Part shown: positions 36,774 through 46,436 of the stretch, in pieces
Numbering within the stretch: the stretch's first letter is position 1
Layout: each line of letters starts with the position of its first letter
NCBI GenBank assembly: GCA_964512765.1
Contig: CAZEKF010000004.1
Location: forward strand, 15,739-79,738
Source: an uncultured Methanosarcinales archaeon
GTDB lineage: Archaea > Nanobdellota > Nanobdellia > Woesearchaeales > GW2011-AR15
DNA: 64,000 nucleotides
Reading direction: 5' to 3'
Position numbers and translations under genes: made by a program
Notes under the pieces: model-generated
Database searches by the model: none
What the model was told of the DNA's origin: nothing
Seen by the model: only the letters and a program-made list of their open reading frames with translations

Positions 36774-39008
36774 ATGCTAAGAACACATAATTGTGGAGAG
36801 TTAAGAAAAAAACATATTAAGAAAAAAGTTACATTATGCGGGTGGACAAATTCGTATCGCGACCATGGGGGCGTAATATTTATAGATCTGCGTGATCGTT
36901 GGGGTAAGACACAAATAGTTTTTGATCCAAGCCACAACAAAAAATCACATAAAGTGGCAGATTCTTTAAGAAGAGAATGGGTTATCCAGATAGAAGGCAA
37001 AGTCAGAAGCCGTGGTGAACTTGTTAATAAAAAACTAAACACTGGTGAGATTGAAGTTTTAGCAGATTCTATTAAGGTTCTTAGCAAGAGTGAAACACCG
37101 CCTATTGAAGTGGATGATAACAAAATAGCAGGTGAAGAACCTAGGTTAAAGTATCGTTATTTAGATTTAAGAAGACCAGTTATGCAGAAAAATCTATTGA
37201 ATAGACATAAAGCAATGAAATCTGCTATGAATTATTTGGATAGTCAAGATTTTGTGCATTTAGAGACTCCAGTATTAATGAAATCAACTCCTGAAGGTGC
37301 AAGAGATTATGTTGTTCCTTCTCGTGTAAACATGGGCAAATTTTATGCATTGCCACAATCACCGCAGTTGTACAAACAAATTCTAATGGTAAGCGGTTTT
37401 GACAGGTATTTCCAGTTTGCTAGGTGTTTACGAGACGAAGATTTGAGATCAGACAGGCAACCTGAACATACACAGATAGATTTAGAAATGAGTTTTGTTG
37501 AAAGAGAAGATGTTTTTGAAGTTGTTGAAGGATTAATGAAATCTATGTGGAAAGATGTTCTTAAAATAAATGTAAAAATACCTTTCCCTAAATTATCTTG
37601 GCAAGAAGCAATGGAAAAATATGGTAGTGACAAACCAGACTTAAGGTTTGGCCTAGAATTTATTGATGTTACAAACCTGATGAAAAAATCTAGTTTTAAT
37701 GTATACAAAGAAGTTATTAAAAATAACGGAGTTGTAAAATGCTTAAAAGTTCCTAAAGCCAGTAAACTCTCAAGAAAAGAAATTGATGAATTTATTGAGT
37801 TGGCAAAGACACACCATGCAAAAGGATTATCATGGATGAAGATTGTTAATGGTAAAGCAGAAAGTTCAATAACCAAATATTTTAATAATAAATTATTAGC
37901 TGAATTAGTTAAGAAAACCAAAGCTAAAACTGATGATTTATTGTTATTTGTTGCTGATAAGTTTGAAGTTGCTTGCAATGCTCTTGGTCAGGTTAGATTA
38001 GCAGTAGGTGAGAAGCTTAATTTAATTAAAGATGACTGGAAATTTGCCTGGATAATTGATTTTCCATTGTTTGAATGGAATGAAGATGAACAGAAATGGG
38101 ACACTATGCACCATATGTTTTGTTCTCCTAAAAAAGAAGATATTCCTAAACTTGAAAAAGATCCAGGTTCTGTACTATGCAATCAGTATGATTTAACTCT
38201 TAATGGTGTAGAATTATGTTCAGGAAGTATTAGAATAACGGATCCTAAATTACAGGAAAAAGTTATGAAAATTGTTGGTTTTTCAAAAAAAGAAGCTTAC
38301 AAACGATTTGGATTTTTATTGGATGCATTCAAATACGGCGTACCTCCACACGGCGGTGTTGGTCTAGGCTTTGACAGGATAGTTGCTTTAATGAACGGTT
38401 ATAATGATATTCGAGAAGTTATTGCATTTCCAAAAAATAAACAAGCGCAATGTCCAATGGACGGTTCTCCAGGTGATATTGACGACAGGCAAATGAAAGA
38501 ATTGCATATTAAACTTGATTTTGTTAAGAAAAAAGATACAGAGGACAAATCTGTGTTTAAGGATATTAAGAAATTGCTTGAGAAAAACAAGGTTAAATAC
38601 GAAGAAATGCATCACAAAGCAGTTTTTACAAGTGAAGAAGCTGCTAAAATCAGAGGAACTAAATTAAGGCAAGGTGCAAAAGCATTGATATTTAAAGCTG
38701 ATGATAAACCAGTCATGGCAGTGGTTTCTGCTGCTAAACAAGTTGATACAAACAAGTTTAGAAAATTATTGAAAGTTAAAAAACTAAGATTAACAACAGC
38801 TGATGAAGTTAAAGATTTAACAGGGTTAAAAATTGGATCCATACCTCCTTTCGGCAATTTGTTTGGTATGGATACGTATGTTGATGAATCTTTAACAAAG
38901 ATACAAGTCATAGCTTTTAATGCAGGATCTCATACAGATTCATTAAAAATGAAATTCGGTGATTGGAGAAAAGTAGTTGAACCAAAAGTAGGTGAGTTTG
39001 GAAAATGA
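36774..39008 (+). CDS. aspS: Bacterial-type aspartate--tRNA ligase (likely non-discriminating) with C-terminal YbaK/ProX-like domain
   Basis: RTHNCGEL, RDHGG, STPEGARDY, LPQSPQLYKQ, GAD insert, PPHGG; extra C-terminal ~155 aa with AKALIFK and GSIPPFG. Confidence 0.95.
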   Translation: MLRTHNCGELRKKHIKKKVTLCGWTNSYRDHGGVIFIDLRDRWGKTQIVFDPSHNKKSHKVADSLRREWVIQIEGKVRSRGELVNKKLNTGEIEVLADSIKVLSKSETPPIEVDDNKIAGEEPRLKYRYLDLRRPVMQKNLLNRHKAMKSAMNYLDSQDFVHLETPVLMKSTPEGARDYVVPSRVNMGKFYALPQSPQLYKQILMVSGFDRYFQFARCLRDEDLRSDRQPEHTQIDLEMSFVEREDVFEVVEGLMKSMWKDVLKINVKIPFPKLSWQEAMEKYGSDKPDLRFGLEFIDVTNLMKKSSFNVYKEVIKNNGVVKCLKVPKASKLSRKEIDEFIELAKTHHAKGLSWMKIVNGKAESSITKYFNNKLLAELVKKTKAKTDDLLLFVADKFEVACNALGQVRLAVGEKLNLIKDDWKFAWIIDFPLFEWNEDEQKWDTMHHMFCSPKKEDIPKLEKDPGSVLCNQYDLTLNGVELCSGSIRITDPKLQEKVMKIVGFSKKEAYKRFGFLLDAFKYGVPPHGGVGLGFDRIVALMNGYNDIREVIAFPKNKQAQCPMDGSPGDIDDRQMKELHIKLDFVKKKDTEDKSVFKDIKKLLEKNKVKYEEMHHKAVFTSEEAAKIRGTKLRQGAKALIFKADDKPVMAVVSAAKQVDTNKFRKLLKVKKLRLTTADEVKDLTGLKIGSIPPFGNLFGMDTYVDESLTKIQVIAFNAGSHTDSLKMKFGDWRKVVEPKVGEFGK

Positions 39009-39223
39009 AAACAAGATTTGTACCAAATATATTTGGAGTTGTTTTAGTTACAGCATTTTTTATTTTTGTTAGTGCATTACTTTATGCATTACCATTATGG
39101 TTAATATGGAATTTCACTATTCCTAGACTGTTTAATGGTCCTGTATTATCTTTATTAGATGCGTTCTTGCTTAACTTGTTAGCAGGAATATTGTTTAAGA
39201 GTAAGGATAATAGTAAGAATTAG
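39005..39223 (+). CDS. Small membrane protein
   Basis: 72 aa, two hydrophobic helices, LWLIWN...P.LF; ATGA overlap with aspS. Confidence 0.7.
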   Translation: MKTRFVPNIFGVVLVTAFFIFVSALLYALPLWLIWNFTIPRLFNGPVLSLLDAFLLNLLAGILFKSKDNSKN

Positions 39224-39259
39224 TTACTTTTTTATATTCTCTAATCCAACCATTATGTT

Positions 39260-40204
39260 ATGATAGAAGTATTCTCACATGACAAGACAAAGGACAGGAT
39301 AAAGAAGATTAAGTTAACTCAGTTATCCAGAAAACAGACATGGATAAGACTAGTAAACCCTAACCTGGATAGTTTGTCCCAATTATCAAAACATACAAAG
39401 ATTCCAATTGAAGAGTTAAAAGAATCTTTAGAAGAAGAAGAACGGCCAAAAGTATCTGCAAAGTCTTATTTAGAAATTATTTACAGAGCACCATCTATAA
39501 TAGATCAGGAATTAGAAACACAACCTATTTACTTTTACTTGTTAGAAAACATGCTTGTTACTATAGAAAAAAAACCTTTGAAAATATTTGAAAATATTTC
39601 TGAAAATTTGTCTAAAAATAAAAACAAATTTTTGTTTAAAAAAGGTTTTTCATACTTTATTTATTATGTTATTGATAGGATTAATGATGACTTTTTAATG
39701 CGAATTGATAAGATTGCAGATCGAATAGATATTTATGAAAATTTTTCTAAAAAACAGATGAATGTTAAAGATATAGAAAAGATCTATGACCAGTCTGTTA
39801 CATTAAGTTTTTTCAACCAAGCATTGATAGCAAACGTTGAAGTTCTTAATTTACTAAAAAAAGGGTATTTTAAACTAATACCAAGGAAAGATAATGGGTT
39901 GTTTGAAGAACTGTACTATGACGTTCTCCAGATATTAGACACTGAAAAGATTCAAAGAGAAGTCATAACTAATTTAATCAGTGTTAATTCTGTTTTAACA
40001 ACCACAAGACTAAACGAGTATATGAAACAATTAACCTTGATAGCTTTAATAATAGCCATACCAACATTGCTTTCAGGCATCTATGGCATGAACTTTGTTA
40101 ACATTCCATTAGCAGATCATAAATACGGTTTTCACATTACTTCTGCTATAATATTATTCATTACCTTTGCAACATATTACTTGTTTACTAAGAAATTCCG
40201 ATGA
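39260..40204 (+). CDS. corA: CorA family Mg2+/Co2+ transporter
   Basis: LNEYMKQLT...PTLLSGIYGMNF signature, two C-terminal TM. Confidence 0.92.
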   Translation: MIEVFSHDKTKDRIKKIKLTQLSRKQTWIRLVNPNLDSLSQLSKHTKIPIEELKESLEEEERPKVSAKSYLEIIYRAPSIIDQELETQPIYFYLLENMLVTIEKKPLKIFENISENLSKNKNKFLFKKGFSYFIYYVIDRINDDFLMRIDKIADRIDIYENFSKKQMNVKDIEKIYDQSVTLSFFNQALIANVEVLNLLKKGYFKLIPRKDNGLFEELYYDVLQILDTEKIQREVITNLISVNSVLTTTRLNEYMKQLTLIALIIAIPTLLSGIYGMNFVNIPLADHKYGFHITSAIILFITFATYYLFTKKFR

Positions 40205-40770
40205 TTGATTGCTATATTTTTGACCTGGATGATACACTTATAGACAGTTCCATCTATAAAAGAATGTATAATGAAGTTATTAGTAATTTAATATCACATC
40301 TTAAAATAACAGAGATTGAATTGCAAGAAGTAATTAGTAAACTTAAACAAGAAACTGGGAAATTAGATACGTATGATTTGTGTAAAAAACTTAATTCAAC
40401 TGAATTATATTATAAACTTCTTGAAAAATACATTAAACACACATACTCGTTAAAAACTAAAAACATACCCAAACTGTTCAGAAAGGTTAAAGATAATAAG
40501 AAAAAAATTGGAATAGTAAGTAATTCACAGGAAAGAACCATTAACTTGTTCTTGAAACGTTTTAATTTATTGGAATATGTTGATTTCACTGAATCAGGTA
40601 AAAAAGATACAATCTTATTCTGGATATCTCTTGAAAAAAAGCATAATATAAAAAAAGAACATACAATGGTGATAGATGATTCTGATAATATTCTTAAAAT
40701 TGCAGAACAATGTGGATATAAAGTATTGAATGTGAAAGAAATCGACGAGCTAGAAATGTTTCATTTATAG
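40201..40770 (+). CDS. HAD superfamily hydrolase
   Basis: IFDLDDTLIDS motif I, VSNS, VIDD. Confidence 0.85.
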   Translation: MIDCYIFDLDDTLIDSSIYKRMYNEVISNLISHLKITEIELQEVISKLKQETGKLDTYDLCKKLNSTELYYKLLEKYIKHTYSLKTKNIPKLFRKVKDNKKKIGIVSNSQERTINLFLKRFNLLEYVDFTESGKKDTILFWISLEKKHNIKKEHTMVIDDSDNILKIAEQCGYKVLNVKEIDELEMFHL

Positions 40771-40896
40771 TCAAAGAAAAAAATTGTTAGACAATTTTTT
40801 CTTTTCTTAATAAGCAAACGACATACTGCTTGTAAGAATAGCCATGTCGTTTACTATATAATAACTTTTAAATATCATATACATATGCTTTTACCT

Positions 40897-41181
40897 ATGA
40901 AAGTTGACAAAGAATTAATAGAGCATGTGGCAAACGTTGCTAGATTAAAATTGACTAATGAAGAAATTAAAGAATTCTTACCTCAATTAAAAGAGATACT
41001 TAAAGCGTTTGAAGAATTACAGCAGGTTAACACAAATAAAACAAAACCAAGTTATCATTCTATTGAGTTAAAGAACACAATGCGTGAAGATATTCCCAAA
41101 TCTTGTTTAACAAATGAACAAGCATTAAAAAACACTCAACATAAAGCTAAAGGTTATTTTAAAGGTCCAAAGGTGGTATAA
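40897..41181 (+). CDS. gatC: Asp-tRNA(Asn)/Glu-tRNA(Gln) amidotransferase subunit C
   Basis: HVANVARLKL, MRED, YFKGPKV. Confidence 0.92.
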   Translation: MKVDKELIEHVANVARLKLTNEEIKEFLPQLKEILKAFEELQQVNTNKTKPSYHSIELKNTMREDIPKSCLTNEQALKNTQHKAKGYFKGPKVV

Positions 41182-41185
41182 AAAA

Positions 41186-41284
41186 ATGGCAAAAAAACCG
41201 TTTATATCTAAACAAAAAATGTGGTTGTTCACAGGATTTGTAGTGCTAATGTATGCATTAATGAAACTGTTCGGGTTGGTATGA
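41186..41284 (+). CDS. Unannotated 32-aa single-TM peptide
   Basis: MAKKPFISKQKMWLFTGFVVLMYALMKLFGLV fills the gatC-cyclophilin gap exactly; stop abuts the next ATG. Confidence 0.55.
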   Translation: MAKKPFISKQKMWLFTGFVVLMYALMKLFGLV

Positions 41285-41836
41285 ATGAAAAAGATAGTTT
41301 TCTTGTTATTGTTGTTAACAATTATAAGTTGTACAAAGGAGGGTTCTAACATGATAGTTGTATTTGAAACTAACCAAGGTAATTTTGAAGTTGAACTAAA
41401 CAAAGAAAAAGCACCAATATCTGTGGAGAATTTTCTTAGTTATGTTAATGAAGGTTATTATGACGGATTAATATTTCATAGAGTAATAAATAATTTCATG
41501 GTCCAAGGCGGTGGTTTTGACCAGGACATGAACCAAAAACAAACCAAAGAATCTATTAAAAATGAAGCAGATAATGGCTTGAAGAATGAAAAATATACAG
41601 TTGCAATGGCAAGAACAAGTGAAATTGATAGTGCAACTTCGCAGTTTTTTATTAACACTGCAGACAATGCGTTTTTAGACAACGGAGCAAGAGATTTTGG
41701 ATATGCAGTTTTTGGTAAAGTTGTTTCTGGTCAAGAAACAATTGATAAAATAAATTCTGTTAAAACAACTACTAAAGGGTTTTATTCAGATGTGCCAGTT
41801 GAGCCAGTAATAATAAACAAAGCATACGTTAAATGA
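41285..41836 (+). CDS. Cyclophilin-type peptidyl-prolyl isomerase with lipoprotein-like signal
   Basis: [35 protein letters not shown]; LLTIISC. Confidence 0.9.
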   Translation: MKKIVFLLLLLTIISCTKEGSNMIVVFETNQGNFEVELNKEKAPISVENFLSYVNEGYYDGLIFHRVINNFMVQGGGFDQDMNQKQTKESIKNEADNGLKNEKYTVAMARTSEIDSATSQFFINTADNAFLDNGARDFGYAVFGKVVSGQETIDKINSVKTTTKGFYSDVPVEPVIINKAYVK

Positions 41837-43206
41837 ACTCATTAGAATTCATAAAAAAAGCTAAAAAAGGAGAAATTGATATTGTTAAAAATACTAAAAA
41901 AACATTAGATGAATGTAAAAAAATTAACAAGGAATACAACTATTTTTTAGCTTTTAATGATAATGCAGTTGAAGAATCTAAAAAACTGAAAAAAGGTAGG
42001 TTGTACGGGCTACCAGTTTCTATTAAAGATAACATTGTTGTTAAAGATGTTGAGAGTAAAGCAGGTAGTAAAATATTAGAGGGATATCAGCCAGTGTTTG
42101 ACGCAACTGTTGTTGAAAAAATCAAGAATGAAGGTGGCATTATAATAGGAAAAACACAAATGGATGTATTTGGTTTCGGCTCTTTTAGTGTTAATGTTGG
42201 AAAAGGATACAAAATTCCATTAAATCCGTTTGACAAAACAAGATGTACAGGCGGATCGTCAGGTGGTGGTTCTGCAATATTGCAAAAATTAGAGTTGCCA
42301 ACAATCTCAATAACTGAAAGTACTGGAGGTAGCATTGCATCACCGGCATGTTATTGCGGTGTTTATGGATTATGCCCCACATATGGAAGAGTTTCTAGGT
42401 ATGGATTAATAACTTTCTCAAACAGTATGGATAAAATAGGCATCACAGCAAAAGATATTGAAGAAATTGCTCTAATGCTAGAACTAATTTCTGGTTATGA
42501 TAAAAACGATTCAACTTCAAAAAATCTTCCAGTACCTAAATACACAGAAAAAAAACATTCAAAGTTTAAGATAGCAGTAATAAAAGAATCATTAGGTAAA
42601 GGTGTCCAAGAAGGAGTAAAAACTAATTTGTTGCAATCCTTAAAAAACATAAAATTTGATTATGTGTCAATGCCAATTAATTTCAAGTATAGTGTCCAGA
42701 ATTATTATCTGTTGAACATGTCAGAAACATCTACAAACTTAGCAAAACTCTGTGGAATGAGATACGGTCAACATGATGAATTAAAAGGCAGTTTTAATGA
42801 ATATTTTTCTAAAGTAAGGAGCAAGAATTTTAATAAAGAAGCCAAACGAAGAATAATACTTGGAACTTTTGCACGTATGTCAGGGTTCAGAGACGCATAT
42901 TACCTCAAAGCATTAAAAGTCAGAACAAAAATCATAGAAGAATACAAAAACTTGTTTAAAAAATATGATGTAATAATAACTCCATCTATGCCAAACATTG
43001 CACCGAAATTCTCAGAAATAGATAAAATGACACCTTTAGAAAATTACATGACTGATATTATGACTGCAGGACCTAACTTAGCAGGATTTCCACATCTTAG
43101 TATTCCAAATGGATTATCTGAAAAAATGCCAACAGGGTTATTAGCAACAGCAGATCATTTTAATGAACATAAATTAATAGATTTTGCAAGAAGGTGGTTA
43201 CAATAA
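41833..43206 (+). CDS. gatA: Amidotransferase subunit A (amidase signature)
   Basis: [38 protein letters not shown]. Confidence 0.95.
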   Translation: MNSLEFIKKAKKGEIDIVKNTKKTLDECKKINKEYNYFLAFNDNAVEESKKLKKGRLYGLPVSIKDNIVVKDVESKAGSKILEGYQPVFDATVVEKIKNEGGIIIGKTQMDVFGFGSFSVNVGKGYKIPLNPFDKTRCTGGSSGGGSAILQKLELPTISITESTGGSIASPACYCGVYGLCPTYGRVSRYGLITFSNSMDKIGITAKDIEEIALMLELISGYDKNDSTSKNLPVPKYTEKKHSKFKIAVIKESLGKGVQEGVKTNLLQSLKNIKFDYVSMPINFKYSVQNYYLLNMSETSTNLAKLCGMRYGQHDELKGSFNEYFSKVRSKNFNKEAKRRIILGTFARMSGFRDAYYLKALKVRTKIIEEYKNLFKKYDVIITPSMPNIAPKFSEIDKMTPLENYMTDIMTAGPNLAGFPHLSIPNGLSEKMPTGLLATADHFNEHKLIDFARRWLQ

Positions 43207-43991
43207 AAAAAGTTGGATTAGCTTTAGGCAGCGGTGGTGCACGTGGGTTTGCGCATGTTGGTGTAATAAAAGAATTGCAGAAAAATAACATTCCTATTGA
43301 TTACATTTCTGGCACGAGTATGGGAGGTATGGTAGCTGCATATTATGCATTATATGGACATGTAACAGGCATTGAAAACGTAGTTAATACATTTAGAAAA
43401 AGAGATTATTTAAGATTAGTTGATCTTAATAATCCAAAAAAATCATTAATTAAAGGAGATAGAGTAAAAAAGCTTTTAAAAAAGTTTTTTGGTGATAGAA
43501 CTTTCAAAGATACTAAAATACCATTAACACTTGCAGCTACTGATTTGAATAAAGCAACACAGATTGTTATTAAAAAAGGTAGAATACTTGACGCTTTAAT
43601 GGCATCTGGCGCTTTTCCTGGTGTGTTCCCTGTTGTTAAGTATAAAGGTAAATACGTTGTTGATGGTGGTTTATTAGACGCTACTCCTGTTAATCTTGTT
43701 AGTAAAATGGGTGCAGAAGTTATTATTGCAGTTGACCTTTTTTATTTAAGTCCTGTTAAAAGCAAAGAATATAACAGACTATTAGAAGTTATACAAAGAG
43801 TTTACGATATTCTTTTATCAAACTTGTCAACGTATAGTGCAAAAGAATATGGAGATAATATTATAGTAATAACACCTGATGCAGGTTATCGAACAGCAAC
43901 TTTTGCGTTTCACAAAGCTAAAACATACATTAAAGCAGGTGAAGAAGGAGCTCAGAAAAATATTAAAAAAATAAAAAGATTATTGAAATGA
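43194..43991 (+). CDS. Patatin-like phospholipase
   Basis: LGSGGARG, GTSMG nucleophile elbow, DGG. Confidence 0.92.
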   Translation: MVTIKKVGLALGSGGARGFAHVGVIKELQKNNIPIDYISGTSMGGMVAAYYALYGHVTGIENVVNTFRKRDYLRLVDLNNPKKSLIKGDRVKKLLKKFFGDRTFKDTKIPLTLAATDLNKATQIVIKKGRILDALMASGAFPGVFPVVKYKGKYVVDGGLLDATPVNLVSKMGAEVIIAVDLFYLSPVKSKEYNRLLEVIQRVYDILLSNLSTYSAKEYGDNIIVITPDAGYRTATFAFHKAKTYIKAGEEGAQKNIKKIKRLLK

Positions 43992-45385
43992 AATATAATA
44001 AGGAAATTGTAATTGGAATTGAATGTCATATTGAACTTAATACTAAATCAAAATTATTCTGTAGTTGTCCAACTCAAGGTTCTGAGAAACCTAATACTAG
44101 AGTTTGTAATGTGTGTTTAGGTCATCCAGGCAGTAAACCAGTTGCGAATAAAAAAGCAGTTGAATATGCAATCAAATTAGCAATGGCATTAAAATGTAAA
44201 TTAGCTAAACAAGTTATTTTTTCAAGAAAAAGTTATTTTTATCCAGACATGAGCAAGAATTACCAAATAACACAGTATGAAATACCAATAGGTGAAAACG
44301 GTTCAATGGAACTTGCTAGTAAAAAGATTGGTATAACTAAGGTACATCTTGAAGAAGACCCTGCTGCATTGACACATCCTGGCGGGCTAGGTAAAGCACA
44401 GTATGTTTTAGTTGATTATAACAGGTCTGGAAACCCGTTATGCGAGATAGTTACTGAACCAGAACTTAACAGTCCTGAAGAAGCTCGTGATTTCATGAAA
44501 ACATTAGTTACAATACTCCAGTATCTTAAGATATTTGATCCTGAAAAAAATATTATTAAAGCTGATGCAAACGTTTCTCTTAAATCAAATAATTATGTTA
44601 GGGCAGAAATAAAAAACATTACAGGATTTAAAGAAATTGAACGTGCATTGAAATACGAAATTGAAAGACAAAAAGCAGAAGGTGTAAAAAAACAAGAAAC
44701 AAGAGCGTGGAACTCAGACAAAGGTGTAACAACATTGCTTAGAACAAAAGAAACTGAAGAAGATTATGGTTATATTTTTGACCCAGATTTAGTGCCCATT
44801 GATATTACAAAAGATTGGTTATCTAAAATAAAATTACCTGAATTACCAAATGAAAAAGCTAAAAATTATGTTAGTAAATACAAGCTTAAAAAAGAAGATG
44901 CAATTGTGTTAACAAACGATTATTCTTTAACACAAATCTTTGAAAAAGCTGTTAAAAAAGTTGATCCTGTACTTGCTGCTAAATGGATCAGAAGAGAGCT
45001 TGTAAGAGTATTGAATTATAACAAGATAGATGCTTCAGATATGAAACTTAATATAGATGAGTTTGTAGTATTATTAGATTTACTTGATAAAAGGAAAATA
45101 ACTGATAATGTTGCGCAGAAAATATTAGACAAATTAGTTGTTGAGAACATTGATGTTAGGAAATATGTCAGTAAACAAGGATTAGAGGCGGTCTCTGATT
45201 CTAATCTTTTAGAAAGATATTGCAAACAAGCAATTAAAGAAAGTAAAAAAGCTGTTGATGATTATAAATCAGGTAATGAAAATTCTTTGAACTTTGTAGT
45301 TGGTAAAGTAATGCGATTAAGTAAAGGTAAAGCTGATGCTAAGGAAGTTAAAGAGTTGTTGAAAAAAATAATTTCATTGTTGTGA
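43988..45385 (+). CDS. gatB: Amidotransferase subunit B
   Basis: IGIECHIEL, RKSYFYPD, HLEED, DYNRSG.PL.EIVTEP, C-terminal Yqey-like domain. Confidence 0.95.
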   Translation: MKYNKEIVIGIECHIELNTKSKLFCSCPTQGSEKPNTRVCNVCLGHPGSKPVANKKAVEYAIKLAMALKCKLAKQVIFSRKSYFYPDMSKNYQITQYEIPIGENGSMELASKKIGITKVHLEEDPAALTHPGGLGKAQYVLVDYNRSGNPLCEIVTEPELNSPEEARDFMKTLVTILQYLKIFDPEKNIIKADANVSLKSNNYVRAEIKNITGFKEIERALKYEIERQKAEGVKKQETRAWNSDKGVTTLLRTKETEEDYGYIFDPDLVPIDITKDWLSKIKLPELPNEKAKNYVSKYKLKKEDAIVLTNDYSLTQIFEKAVKKVDPVLAAKWIRRELVRVLNYNKIDASDMKLNIDEFVVLLDLLDKRKITDNVAQKILDKLVVENIDVRKYVSKQGLEAVSDSNLLERYCKQAIKESKKAVDDYKSGNENSLNFVVGKVMRLSKGKADAKEVKELLKKIISLL

Positions 45386-46189
45386 TGGGTCTGCCAAATG
45401 ATCTAATCCTTCTTTTTCTCTCCCTAACCTTCCGATCAGTTCTCCATTTTCTTTTGCATTCGTTGTGGCTTGTTTAAAAAGTAGATACAAGAAATCAAAA
45501 TCAATTTTGCTAGCAAGTACCTGTGAATAGGATATCTCATGCCATTCTGTAGTAATTTTAATTCTTCCGTTTGTTAGTTTTTTCTTATCATTAGAAGGAA
45601 CAGAAATATATGTTACTTTCCCATACAATTCTTCAAATTCAGATACTGATAAACCAAACTCATCAACAGTAAAACTTTTTTGATAGTTACTTCTTTCTAT
45701 AGAAACTTCAATTGATTGATCTCCTCCGTTGTTACCATGAATTGTATAATGATTTTCTTCATGAACAGTTGTTGATTCATCAAAAAAATCTAATGGATCA
45801 CCTTCCAACCACCAAGTATATTTTGATTCAAGATGATTACCAAATATATAACTGTTAGAGGTTAATCCAACCATTAATTCTGCTATTAGATTATGCAAAT
45901 ATTCGTTATCTTCTGGTGCTTCTGATGGGTCTAATTCATGAATATTTGAAACTGCAATGGGCAGGTTAGGAAAACTAAGAATATGATATGTTGTATCCCA
46001 ATATTTATGACCTAGTTCTTTTCCTAAACAATACACAACATTTTCTAAAGTTTGTGATTGTAGTTCTTGATGTTGATTAGTACTTCTTCCTATTAGAACA
46101 ATATGATCTGGCTTGGCTAAAAAAGTTTGTTGGTATGTTTCTCCAGCATATTTCACATTTATTCTTAACATGTATTCAGGATCTGGCAT
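45374..46189 (-). CDS. Hypothetical protein
   Basis: 271-aa ORF with AGGTGAG RBS; no confident domain. Confidence 0.7.
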   Translation of the reverse strand: MPDPEYMLRINVKYAGETYQQTFLAKPDHIVLIGRSTNQHQELQSQTLENVVYCLGKELGHKYWDTTYHILSFPNLPIAVSNIHELDPSEAPEDNEYLHNLIAELMVGLTSNSYIFGNHLESKYTWWLEGDPLDFFDESTTVHEENHYTIHGNNGGDQSIEVSIERSNYQKSFTVDEFGLSVSEFEELYGKVTYISVPSNDKKKLTNGRIKITTEWHEISYSQVLASKIDFDFLYLLFKQATTNAKENGELIGRLGREKEGLDHLADPSQQ

Positions 46190-46277
46190 ATTGTCTCACC
46201 TTGCTTCATATTCCTGACTCTACAACGTTATTATACAGAAAAGAAACCATTCATGAAAGAATGAACTTTTCTGTTCA

Positions 46278-46358
46278 TTAAATAATAAGTAGCAGAACCA
46301 AGATAATAGATACCAAGCTAATTAAACAGTTTATTTTGTTTCCTTTGCTAGGTATCAT
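46278..46358 (-). CDS. Putative Ile/Leu/Val-rich leader or small membrane peptide MIPSKGNKINCLISLVSIILVLLLII
   Basis: TATA-like box about 27 nt upstream; followed by competing hairpins and a U-rich tract. Confidence 0.5.
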   Translation of the reverse strand: MIPSKGNKINCLISLVSIILVLLLII

Positions 46359-46436
46359 TGTTTGTAAATGAATATTTAAATCATTTATATAATTATTTGT
46401 TATTTCATTAATTATAATTTTAGTAGATATAAAAAA

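Noticed and set aside
46070-46189. FHA domain in the 271-aa ORF (IVLIGRS)
   Set aside because: Only the GR motif is visible; the SxxH and NG motifs are not convincingly placed
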